Source: Naegleria gruberi
Lineage: Eukaryota
Assembly (NCBI GenBank): GCA_000004985.1
Contig: GG738909.1
Direction: 5' to 3' (one strand)
Length of the DNA: 64,000 nucleotides
Made by a program: the position numbers and the translations under genes. This document shows positions 54,805 through 64,000 of this stretch, piece by piece. The stretch's first letter is position 1. Each line of letters opens with the position of its first letter. A model generated the notes under the pieces. The model saw only the letters and a list, made by a program, of their open reading frames with translations. It searched no databases and was not told where the DNA came from.

Positions 54805-57800
54805 ATGCAAAGTCTTAGCCCTACGGGAGGTTCAAGTGTAGATATTAAAAAGTTAGCCTCTGTAGGATCATCGGCCTCTTTGATATCTGCGAGAGGACAT
54901 CAGGAGAGTGCCATGTCTTCGGTTTCTGGAAGTAAGGACTGGTCTAATTTGTCAGTCTTTTCATCATTTATCAATAATTCGACTTTTCCAATTGAGGATT
55001 TACATAATGTTGCACAAGCTTTAAAGCCTCCGGAAAAGACGATTCCATCCTCTTCGCAAAAGGGACCAACAATATTTCCTAAATATCAAAAGAAGATTTT
55101 GATTAAATTTAAGGGAAGAACTTTCATCGATATTCCTTACTATCCTTACGTGAATGATGATGCGGAAACAGAATCAACAACATCAAAATCACCAGGACCA
55201 AACCAAAAGAAGAAACCTTCATCAGCATCAGGAAAACGACCTGGATCTTCTAATAGTACTAAAAAGGGAGCAAATAATTCTGCCATTTCTACAGAGAGTA
55301 ATACAACTACCAATGATGATGGTTCAATTCAAAAATTGTGGGAACACAGAGTGGTTTATTTTGTAGCAAGTAATTATGGAGGAAGTACAGGTTTTGTGGA
55401 ACTACATCAAACACTAATTGACTCACAAGAGTATAACATCGAGAAGGAACATACCATCTACATGGAAACCTTACAAGATTTAGTTTATTTCGAATCTTGC
55501 CCATTTGTATCATTTGTAATTAGAAGAGAATTTGATCCTGCCACACCTCCAACAACTGTAGAAAAGAAAAAGTCTTCTAAAAAGGAAGCAACTCCATCAA
55601 ATGCTGGAAATAAGAAAGATAATACACCTCCTGCACCAGGTCTTCCAGCAACAAATACCACAAAAAAGGTACAGAATAATATTGGTTCAGCAAATCAAAT
55701 ACCTTTGGAAGAACTACAGGAAGGAATGATTGCTGATATTAAGGCAGCTTTTGGAAGTCATTGCGAGATTCTCCATTCTTACAGAGCTTCGACAATTCCA
55801 CTATTTGTAAATGACAAGTTTGGCTATACAAAATGCAAATATGAATTTGTTTATAGTCCAAAGTACAAATATTGGTCTTCATTGTTAGACACTAAGAGCG
55901 AAACAGCCTCGAATGGTTTTGATGAGTCATTTAAATCAGAAGGTATTTCATCTGCAAGATTCAGTGTCAATGCCTTGTCATTTACGCCACCACAAGATTA
56001 TAGTGAATTTATGCACAATATTAATATTAGGTTTGAGGTAGCTGAAGGAGCAAGCATTCTCTCGGAAGATGTTCAAAACAAACTCAATCCAATGATGGTT
56101 TCAATTTCTTCACTGAAGGATCTCCCAAATGAAAGCTACCTATCTGATAGATGTAAGCCTGTTTCTGTATCGTATTCCATCAGAGGTAAAACTTTCAAAA
56201 CAAAGGGCTATCACCATGATTCACTGATTAATCTTGGCTATCAAAGGATTATTTATCTGGGAAATTCAAATGAGATGGAAATGTACAGAGATTATTTTAT
56301 CAGAATGCCAATAGTTTTCGAGACACACGACAGAGACCCTAAGGATGGTATCGCCAAGTTCTTTGGTAAATCAGAGGTAGCTCTTAAAACGTTAATTTTA
56401 AACTCTAGGGGAAGAGATATTTCAGACAATTTCCAAATTCAAGGCTACACAATACTACCAGACGAATACGAGAAGGCTGTAAAAAGAATTGAAGAGGAAA
56501 AGAAAAAGGCTCAAACTCAAGAAGAGGAAAAGAAGGCCAAACCGAACACAAAATCTCCAAAGAATTTGAATATGAAGAGTCCGTCTGTTGAATCTCCAAA
56601 GAATTCTCTCAATGATTCTGTATTTACTGTAGAGTATTCCATATTTGAGGGAAAATATGTCGAAAAGAAGAGTTCGATAAAGATTCAACTCAGATTTAAT
56701 ACACCATTCCCACAATTTACAGAGACTGAGAAGAGTACATATCCAATCATTTTAACCTTTGATTGGGAGAATGCCAATCTAATTCAAAAAACAGAACAAA
56801 TATTTAATCAATTTTTCATTAAGCCAATGCCAGCAAAGAGTCGATCAGATTTGTTTGGTGGCATGCCAAATTCAGGAACTATGAATGGTGGAGGAGCAAA
56901 TCTTTCTCCAGTCAATCAATTTAATACTCTGTCATTATCTCCAGAATCGGCTTCCTCAGACATGACTCCAGGAGGAAAGAATTCAGGAAAGGATGTTTTC
57001 AAACACTTTTGTGGATTTGAAATTTGCGATGGTAAGAAACGTTTAATGGTTATTGAGGCCACCTCAAAAGATGCCTTCAGGTACCTTACAGGGCATTTAG
57101 AAAAATACATATCCAAAGAAAATCAACCTGTAAATATAATGTATGACCCAACCTATTTCTATTCGAATAGACTCTATGAACAGCTTGTGCTTGGACCTAA
57201 ATCAGATAGGGCAGAAGATAAAAAGCCAGCTGGAAGGAGATCATCTGTTCAAATTGAGATTGATCAAAAGAAGCCAATCATTAGATTGAGACTCCAAGAT
57301 ACATTTGAAAATATCCTCTCCACAAAAGATATGTACATTAAGAACAAAAAGTCAGAGGATGTCAAGATACTATCAGCATTATCCAAATTGAATCACATCT
57401 TTATGGTGGACACTATTAATCAAGTGATTGAAAACAGTCTCCTTCCAGATTCCTCCCTCTTGATGAATATTAAGGAGAGACATTGTGATGACGGCCTAAT
57501 TGAAATTGATTCAATTATTGCTAATAACCAAAAGAAGAGACAAGAAGAAGAACAAATGCACACCAAACATATGAAGGACAAGGCAACAGAGGAGTTGTAC
57601 AAATCACCTCAAACTGTTGAAGATTTGGCTCTTCACTTGGGAGAGGAAATTGGTTTCGAGGGTATTCCACTCATTGAAACACCTCAACATTTACCTCCTC
57701 CAGAGAAGGTCTTATTTGAAGGGGAAGAGAAGAGAAAGAAGAATAGAATCAAGAACTGGAAGACAAATCCTTCAGGATTCTCTCTGGATGAAGTATCTGC

Positions 57801-58557
57801 ACCAGAGAAGAAATACTGGCTTTATATTCCTCATTTGAAAGGACATCTCATTGCCTCCTTCCCACCAATGGCAAAAGAACTTCCACCATACAATTTGCAC
57901 AGCTATATGACTGGTGTGTTGGTTCGTTCTGATAGAAAACATCCACCTCCAAAAATCAGAGCCTACACAGCTTTTGGAAGTCCTGGAACAAAGAATAGAA
58001 AACCTGAAATTACCATATCTCCGGATACAATATATTGCATTTTAGTTTCATCATGGACTCAAAGAGCTAGCACTCGAGTTGATAATCAACTTGATTCAAA
58101 GATTAGACAATCTCTCAAGAGAGCAGTTGGTTCACCAGGAAAGAACTACATTAGAGGAAATTTTTCCACAGTTAGAGAGCTATCCCAACAATCCTCCATG
58201 TATAAACAGCAAGAAGAAGTGGAAAGATCAAGCAAAAAATTCATTACAGTTCCAACCTATCCAGACCAGCGAAAGCAAACAGAAAAGTCAATCGAATACA
58301 GAAATACAGCACCTCCAACCAACAAGCCAACCTGGGTTAAAAGAGGTAAAACCTCTTCCGTGGAGGACAATAGACATCCAAAGAAACCAGATCAAGCCAG
58401 AATTGATGAACTCAACATGATTGACCTCTTTGACAAAACCCTAGAATCACACCGAGAAAACAAGAGCACACTCTTCTCCCCAAGAGGAGTAGCTCAAGAA
58501 GTAGTACCACCACCCAATCCACCAAACCTCTCCATCAAACTCCCTAAGCTTAAATAA
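54805..58557 (+). CDS. Large 1250-aa protein of unknown function. It has low-complexity S/T/K/P-rich linkers between predicted globular segments.
   Basis: Single 3.75-kb ORF with an ATG in an A-rich context and protein-like composition. No family was recognised. Confidence 0.6.
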   Translation: MQSLSPTGGSSVDIKKLASVGSSASLISARGHQESAMSSVSGSKDWSNLSVFSSFINNSTFPIEDLHNVAQALKPPEKTIPSSSQKGPTIFPKYQKKILIKFKGRTFIDIPYYPYVNDDAETESTTSKSPGPNQKKKPSSASGKRPGSSNSTKKGANNSAISTESNTTTNDDGSIQKLWEHRVVYFVASNYGGSTGFVELHQTLIDSQEYNIEKEHTIYMETLQDLVYFESCPFVSFVIRREFDPATPPTTVEKKKSSKKEATPSNAGNKKDNTPPAPGLPATNTTKKVQNNIGSANQIPLEELQEGMIADIKAAFGSHCEILHSYRASTIPLFVNDKFGYTKCKYEFVYSPKYKYWSSLLDTKSETASNGFDESFKSEGISSARFSVNALSFTPPQDYSEFMHNINIRFEVAEGASILSEDVQNKLNPMMVSISSLKDLPNESYLSDRCKPVSVSYSIRGKTFKTKGYHHDSLINLGYQRIIYLGNSNEMEMYRDYFIRMPIVFETHDRDPKDGIAKFFGKSEVALKTLILNSRGRDISDNFQIQGYTILPDEYEKAVKRIEEEKKKAQTQEEEKKAKPNTKSPKNLNMKSPSVESPKNSLNDSVFTVEYSIFEGKYVEKKSSIKIQLRFNTPFPQFTETEKSTYPIILTFDWENANLIQKTEQIFNQFFIKPMPAKSRSDLFGGMPNSGTMNGGGANLSPVNQFNTLSLSPESASSDMTPGGKNSGKDVFKHFCGFEICDGKKRLMVIEATSKDAFRYLTGHLEKYISKENQPVNIMYDPTYFYSNRLYEQLVLGPKSDRAEDKKPAGRRSSVQIEIDQKKPIIRLRLQDTFENILSTKDMYIKNKKSEDVKILSALSKLNHIFMVDTINQVIENSLLPDSSLLMNIKERHCDDGLIEIDSIIANNQKKRQEEEQMHTKHMKDKATEELYKSPQTVEDLALHLGEEIGFEGIPLIETPQHLPPPEKVLFEGEEKRKKNRIKNWKTNPSGFSLDEVSAPEKKYWLYIPHLKGHLIASFPPMAKELPPYNLHSYMTGVLVRSDRKHPPPKIRAYTAFGSPGTKNRKPEITISPDTIYCILVSSWTQRASTRVDNQLDSKIRQSLKRAVGSPGKNYIRGNFSTVRELSQQSSMYKQQEEVERSSKKFITVPTYPDQRKQTEKSIEYRNTAPPTNKPTWVKRGKTSSVEDNRHPKKPDQARIDELNMIDLFDKTLESHRENKSTLFSPRGVAQEVVPPPNPPNLSIKLPKLK

Positions 58558-58612
58558 AAAACAATTTTTAAATTAAATTTTGTGATTTCAAATATTTTTT
58601 TAAAATTAAAAA

Positions 58613-60309
58613 ATGAACGACAAGACACTTGTGGGCAAACTCGACAAGTTAACCAACACACAACAATCTATTCAAGGTTTGTATTGGTGATGATAGCATG
58701 ATGATTCGAGCAAGAACGGAATGATTTATATATTTATAAAATGTATCAACAACAATATGTTTTTATGATAAATGATCAAATTGGTTGAAAATATAATGAT
58801 GAATAATGATGACAATAACAATAATTTGTGTTGGAATTTTGTACGGAATGTATTCATGTGATTACACTTGATCCAAAATATCATGTAATGAACACTTGTT
58901 TGAACAACAACAAATTAGCCTTGTCACTTTGGGTTATTTACCACGTCAAGAAGGCTCAAGAAATTGTTTCCATTTGGGCTAGAGAAGCTAAGAAGGCAGC
59001 ACCAAATAGAAAATTATGCTATTACTACTTGGCCAATGATGTTATTCAAAATTCGAGAAAAAAGACCAATGCTTTTGTTGAACAATTTCAAGCAGTGCTA
59101 CCAGGATCACTCCGAGATAACATCTCACTCATGACAGAGAAGGATCGTAAGTCCTTGCAACGTATTTTCAGTATTTTGGAGGAGAGAAAGATTTTCACAG
59201 CTGATTTTTCGAGTGAGTGCAAGAGTGTTATTGATGGATCGCTTGGAGGTTCATCATCTAATACTTCCTCTGATAATTCTCGTAGTAGTGGTAGTGGTAA
59301 AGAAAGATCATCCGAGTCAAATCCTCTTAAGAGAGAAAGACCAAGCAGTAGTAATACTTCGTCATCTTCCAATGATGCCTTGACATTACTTGCCAACACA
59401 AATTCTGTTGTTAAAAGTCTTGTACAATTCAATGAAATTGTTCAAGCTAATCGTGTCGATCAAAAAAATTTCACAGATAATGATAAACTTGTTCAAGAAT
59501 GTAAACAACGAGTATTGGATAGACATGAATTGAGAGAAGATCAATTGGGTAAGTACATTTGTGGAAATGTGGATATATTTCTGTACTTTGAAAAATCAAA
59601 AACTAACTCGATAATTTTCAAATTAAATTTTCATTCATCCATTAATATATTTTCATTATTTAATCACATTCATTAATAATTTAGCTCATTCAACACCTTT
59701 CACATTAAAACAATTACAAGGTGATGTTGAAGGAGTGCTCACAAAATGCTCTGATTATAAATTTGCGCTTGCAAAGGAAAATAACAAACGAAAGGAATAT
59801 ATGACAGCACTAGAACAAGAATTGAACGAACAGAGAAACTTGTTTAATCAGTATAATGACTTGATTAAAGTATGTAGAACATGCAATGTTTTTAAAACTA
59901 ATCTCTTAAAACCTTACTTAAGGAATGGAATGATAATTACCTTGTCGATTTGCAAAAAATCTCAACCTCTCTCGAAATTCATCTCAATAGCAAACAATTC
60001 AATGGTAATGATGACGATGTATTGACGGGAGGTAATCAAGATGATGGCGATATTGTTGTTCCAACTTATTCTGATGACTTTTTCAAAGTGGATGAAGATG
60101 AGGTAGAGCCATCAAATAAAAAGTTGAAAACAGAACCAAGTTATGACGAAGATAATGAAGATTTATTCACTGAAACTAAGCCTATTTCTACAACCAATAC
60201 ACTCAATTTGGTTAACTCTATATTGAGTGCATTAGGAAACAAGAATACCAGTGGTTCTCACCAACCATCAGAGGAGTATGAACCTAATGAATATCCACCA
60301 TTCGATTAA
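58613..60309 (+). CDS. RPRD1/Rtt103-like CID-domain protein (RNA polymerase II CTD-interacting, regulation of nuclear pre-mRNA). Four exons: 58613-58676, 58919-59548, 59685-59869 and 59923-60309. Introns are 242 nt (GTTTGT...TTAG), 136 nt (GTAAGT...TTTAG) and 53 nt (GTATGT...TTAAG).
   Basis: Exon 1 (MNDKTLVGKLDKLTNTQQSIQ) spliced to ALSLWVIYHVKKAQEIVSIWAREAKKAAPNRKLCYYYLANDVIQNSRKK aligns with the human RPRD1B N-terminus (EKKLSELSNSQQSVQTLSLWIIHH...KLTFLYLANDVIQNSKRK). The C-terminal coiled-coil and acidic tail are restored by the two downstream introns, and all junctions are in frame. Confidence 0.7.
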
Positions 60310-60368
60310 CTTGTGTTAGTTGATCTAAGTTTACTTGTAAATTTATCGAATAAACCTTAAATTATTCT

Positions 60369-63300
60369 TTATTTCTTTTTGGAAGGATTTGTGTGAACTG
60401 AACGTTCATGTCTTCTCAAGTTGGAACAAGTAGTAAATGTCTTTCCACAACCTTCAACATTGCAAACGTATGGTCGTTCTCCTGTGTGAATTCTCATGTG
60501 AGTTTGTAAATCAGAACGACGAACAAACTTCTTGTTACATCCCTCAAATGTGCAAGTGTAAGGTTTGTTGCCAGAGTGAAGTCTCAAGTGGCGTTTAAGA
60601 TTGGCAAATTGGGCAAACTCCTTTCCACAAGCATCACATACATATTCACCTTTTGAGTTTTTGGTAGCATTCTCCTTTGTAACTCCTTTAGACAATCCTA
60701 CTTCATCATCATCGTCATCATCCAACTCAGCCAACTCGTCTTCAAGTGTTGAAGAGCTATTGACAAAGTGATTAATAGACATGGTCTCATTACTACTAGA
60801 ATCAATATTCAACCTTAACAGGTGAGTTCTTGTTGTTGTGGTTGCTGTACTTGGTGTTGATTGACCTTGTGAAGATATGGATGGTGAGTAATTTGGTGGA
60901 TTAAGCAAACTAGTATTCATGGCATTGGTAATGTTAGTAGCCAACAATTGTCTTGGACTTGTTGGTGCATTATATTGTGGCTGTTGTTGTTGCTGTTGTT
61001 CGAGCAATGCATTAGAGTGATAGGATAAATCCAATTGTTGTTGTGGTTGTTGATTGAACTGCATGTTTTGTGGAATATTTTGTTGAAGATTTTGCATGTT
61101 TTGCATCTTGAATCCATTGTTGTTAATGACATTATAGTTCATATTACCATTTTGAATATAGTTTGGTGTTTGCAAAATATTTTGTTGTTGAGGGTAGAAA
61201 TTAAGCTGCATTTGTTGGAGAGTATTATTATTGACATATTGGTTATTGAACTGTTGATTATTAAATTGATTTGTGACTGGATTTTGAAATTGATTAAAAT
61301 TGATGAATTGTTGTTGATTGTTTTGATTGTTTTGATTGTTTTGACTGTTTTGATTTACAAAAATGGTATGAGATTGAGGAATTTGGACATTAGTATTGTT
61401 AATTATTGGCTGTTGTTGAACTTGTTGGAGTTGTTGTGGATTGGTGAGGAGTTGAGTATAGCTTTCATCTTCGTTGGTAAGAGAAAGATTGCTCAAACTT
61501 CTATCAATATTCATAGTGTAATCATCTTGTTGATTGGAAACGATTGGAACGTTGGCAGGTTGAGAAAATTGTTGTTGGACTGTTGGCTGCTGTGTAAATT
61601 GTTGGAATTGCATTTGATTAAACAGAGCATTTTGCTGATAAAGATTTTGCTCTTGTTGTGATACTTGACTGTTTTGACCATTATTCGAAATGACAGAATT
61701 CCTCTTGAATACTTTTCCAAAAAATCCAAAAAGTTTGTTCTTGCCATTCGACTTTTCATCTTCACCTTGTTGAACTGGTGACTGTCTATTGTTTTGTTGG
61801 GAAAATTGTTGAAGATTATGGAAAGTTTGTAAATGTGGATTGTTCATATTGTTAGCTACATTCATAGATCTCTGTAACTGGTTATTGTTATATGGTACAT
61901 TTGTGGTGGAATTGATAAGATCATGAGAATTGAATTGTTCAAGGTTAGGTTGTTGCTGAGCTGCTTGATTGTGTTGTTGTTGAATAATTTGATTCATGTA
62001 AAGATGAGGACTCATTGGATAATCTTTCTGTTTCTTTTCTACGACATAATTGTCTCTTGGTTTTCTCTTTCTTTTGGTACCATGATCTTCCTCTTGTTCT
62101 ACCTCACGTGCTGAATATTCCGAATAACTAGATGATGTAATTTCAGATTCTTCAAATGAGCGAGAATAAGAGTTGTTGTTCTCTCTCAATAATTGTTGAA
62201 GTTGAGAAATTTGTTGGGCATTAACAGCATGTGGATCAGTGAGAGGGCTTGGTGATATTAAACTTCCAGTTGAAAATCTTCTTGAATCATTGGAATACTT
62301 GGTACCAAAATTTTCCTCTCTTGGTAAACTAGGTTCAATAATATCTAGCCCACCTCCTTCTTCAATATTATTCAAAATTGATCCACCAAATGAGGGAGTT
62401 ATCATCGATCCAAGAGAGAAGCGATGTCTTAAATTTGGAGTGAAACAATCGTTTTGTGTATCATCTGCACTGCTACCGTATGTGTATGCCATTGAGTTTT
62501 TCATTGGAGTGTGACTACTATTATTATTTTCCAAACTATTATTAATATTTAAGAATTTAGATTCTTTTCCAATTGGTTTTCCTTTTTCAGATGTATTATC
62601 TTGTTCGGTTGGAGGTGGTTTAACAATATTAATCAAAGGTTCAGGTTGTACTGTTTTTTGCTCTTTAGTTATCATTATTGGAATTGTTGGTTTTTCCTGA
62701 ACAGGAAGAGGTGGCTGATCATAGGAATCAATTCCTGGAAGCTTTTGATCATCTGCATTCATGTCCTCTTTGATTCTCTGGTATAGAGAAATACTATTAT
62801 TAAAGAGTAATTCACTAGAGTCGCCTGCTGTGAGGAGACATTTTGAGGTTCCAGACAATCTCAACTCTTGATTTTCTCCAAAACTATAACTCGAAGCATG
62901 CAACAATGATCCAAAGTTTGATAAATTTCCACTACTAGCATCCATACGATTGTAACTACTTCCTGGTTTGAGATTGGAGTCACCACTCTCACCAAAATGA
63001 TTTGGAATTAAAATATTACTCAATGATGGTGTATTCATGCTGCTCACTACTTCATCATCGTCATCATCTATGGTCGAACCACTTGGCACTGAAGTTGACA
63101 ACTTTTTTTGACGGTTAATATTGAGATAAATATTGTCAGAATCAGAAAATTCCATTGGTGAAGGTAAATTTGCTCCAATAGTCATTAACTGTAAAAAAGA
63201 TTGTCAAAATGATAGACGAAAGATCAATACTTACTGGTGTGCTCAGAAATTTTCTAGTCAATGCAAAAATTCCAGTTGCAATTAATGATGACCTAACATC

Positions 63301-64000
63301 ATCAATTCTCAACTTGGAAGTAATAACTGGACCTTTAGGGAACGGAGAACTGGAAAATATTGCACTCGGATTAATATTGTCACCAATTGGAGGAGATGAA
63401 GAAAATGATGACCAAACAGTTGAATTTGTTGATGTTCCCAAACTATTATTCACATTCTTTCTATTATCTATTCCAATAGGTGAATTTTTGATAAAATGTG
63501 GACTCTTCTTTGGAATAACAACATTCTCTTTCGCAATCGGTTGAGTAGAAGTACTTTGGTTGATCTGTTGTTGTGGCTGCTGATTTCTAGGAGATAAATT
63601 AAATGTAGTCGATGATGGTGAAGTCACCTGATGAGGCATTGAAGGAATTGGTTGTTGAGTATTTCGAGGAGAAACTCCACTATTCTTCTTTGAATGGGAT
63701 CGATGTCTCTCATAGGCAATCATTTGATTATTTGGAGAAACTCCAGCCGATGATGATTGATTCAGTGATGATAAACCTCCTTGTGATGTACCTCCACCTG
63801 AACCAGCAGGTGAAACAGGTGATGTAGAATTTGATGAGTTATTATTACTATTATTATTCATAAATAATTGAAATGAAGGCAATCCTCTATAGGATGAGGG
63901 TGCAATATGATCATGATGACTCTGACTACTCTCATCATCAATTAATTTTGATTTACTTTGAGTGGGTGGCAATCCCGATTGAACCAAATTAGTTCCTTGA
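60369..64000 (-). CDS. C2H2 zinc-finger transcription-factor-like protein, over 1200 aa and 5'-truncated by the window edge. The N-terminal two-thirds is poly-Q/N/S-rich and three tandem C2H2 fingers sit at the C-terminus. There is a 46-nt intron at 63189-63234 (GTAAGT...TTTACAG). Exons are >64000-63235 and 63188-60369.
   Basis: Fingers: YVCDACGKEFAQFANLKRHLRLHSGNKPYTCTFEGCNKKFVRRSDLQTHMRIHTGERPYVCNVEGCGKTFTTCSNLRRHERSVH. Track ORFs 63142-63987 and 60369-63185 join in frame (...KFLSTP|LMTIGANLPSP...) once the intron is removed. The frame is still open at position 64000. Confidence 0.8.

Noticed and set aside
1-64000. Prokaryotic interpretation (operons, CRISPR, phage or defence islands).
   Set aside because: The terminal telomere repeats, GT-AG spliceosomal introns with conserved junctions (MetAP2, EML, importin-alpha), an ~120-nt eukaryotic-type 5S rRNA and eukaryote-specific families (BRAP2, RPRD1, MetAP2, EML) make this a eukaryotic nuclear chromosome. 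No CRISPR-like regularly spaced repeats are present.
1-64000. Ciliate origin suggested by the TTTGGG-type telomere.
   Set aside because: The standard genetic code yields uninterrupted ORFs of up to 1578 aa with TAA, TAG and TGA all acting as stops. The introns are 41-242 nt, not ciliate-sized. Tetrahymena- or Paramecium-like nuclei with TAA/TAG=Gln are therefore unlikely.

Overview
This is a gene-dense, AT-rich (~33% GC) nuclear eukaryotic chromosome end, not prokaryotic DNA. The window opens with a terminal (CCCAAA)n telomere array (1-471, C-strand on top, so a left chromosome end). A ~640-bp unique spacer and a 50-N scaffold gap follow, then a second (CCCAAA)n block (1164-1604) and a second 50-N gap (2414-2463). 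After that come about 28 protein-coding genes on both strands, most with 200-900 bp intergenic spacers and a few with 1.5-2 kb spacers. The standard genetic code gives ORFs up to 1578 aa. Eleven spliceosomal introns can be placed by hand. Seven are 41-54 nt and the others are 93, 129, 136 and 242 nt. Donors are GTAAGT, GTATGT, GTGAGT or GTTTGT and acceptors are YAG. Many proteins carry poly-N/Q/S/T low-complexity tracts. Together these suggest an amoebozoan-like protist such as a non-discoideum dictyostelid, but that is an inference, not an identification.

Recognisable genes:
- a subtelomeric receptor-like TKL kinase with chlamydial Pmp-type repeats
- a Sel1-repeat protein
- a 1578-aa N-myristoylated ankyrin-repeat protein
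- an EMAP-like HELP+WD40 protein
- a DMT/EamA-like transporter
- a PhyH-like dioxygenase
- an STE/MAP3K-like kinase
- an importin-alpha-like ARM protein
- a BRAP2 RING/ZnF-UBP protein
- a Myb/SANT factor
- an RNase-H1-type hybrid-binding domain fused to CCCH fingers
- MetAP2
- a PAP2/IPC-synthase-like protein
- an RPRD/Rtt103 CID protein
- a poly-Q C2H2 zinc-finger protein that runs off the window

Three consecutive minus-strand genes form a cell-surface cluster: a GPI/TM-anchored heparinase II/III-like polysaccharide lyase, a small type-I membrane protein, and a NHL beta-propeller membrane protein.

Two identical dispersed 5S rRNA genes (minus strand, 50509-50629 and 54140-54260) lie 3.6 kb apart. 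They sit inside a ~280-bp segmental duplication that also copied the last ~25 codons of the neighbouring 848-aa repeat-protein gene, leaving a 3'-end pseudogene fragment.

No transposase, reverse transcriptase, CRISPR array, tRNA or prokaryotic operon signals were seen. Several adjacent ORF pairs in different frames are best explained as single genes split by small introns or by assembly frameshifts.
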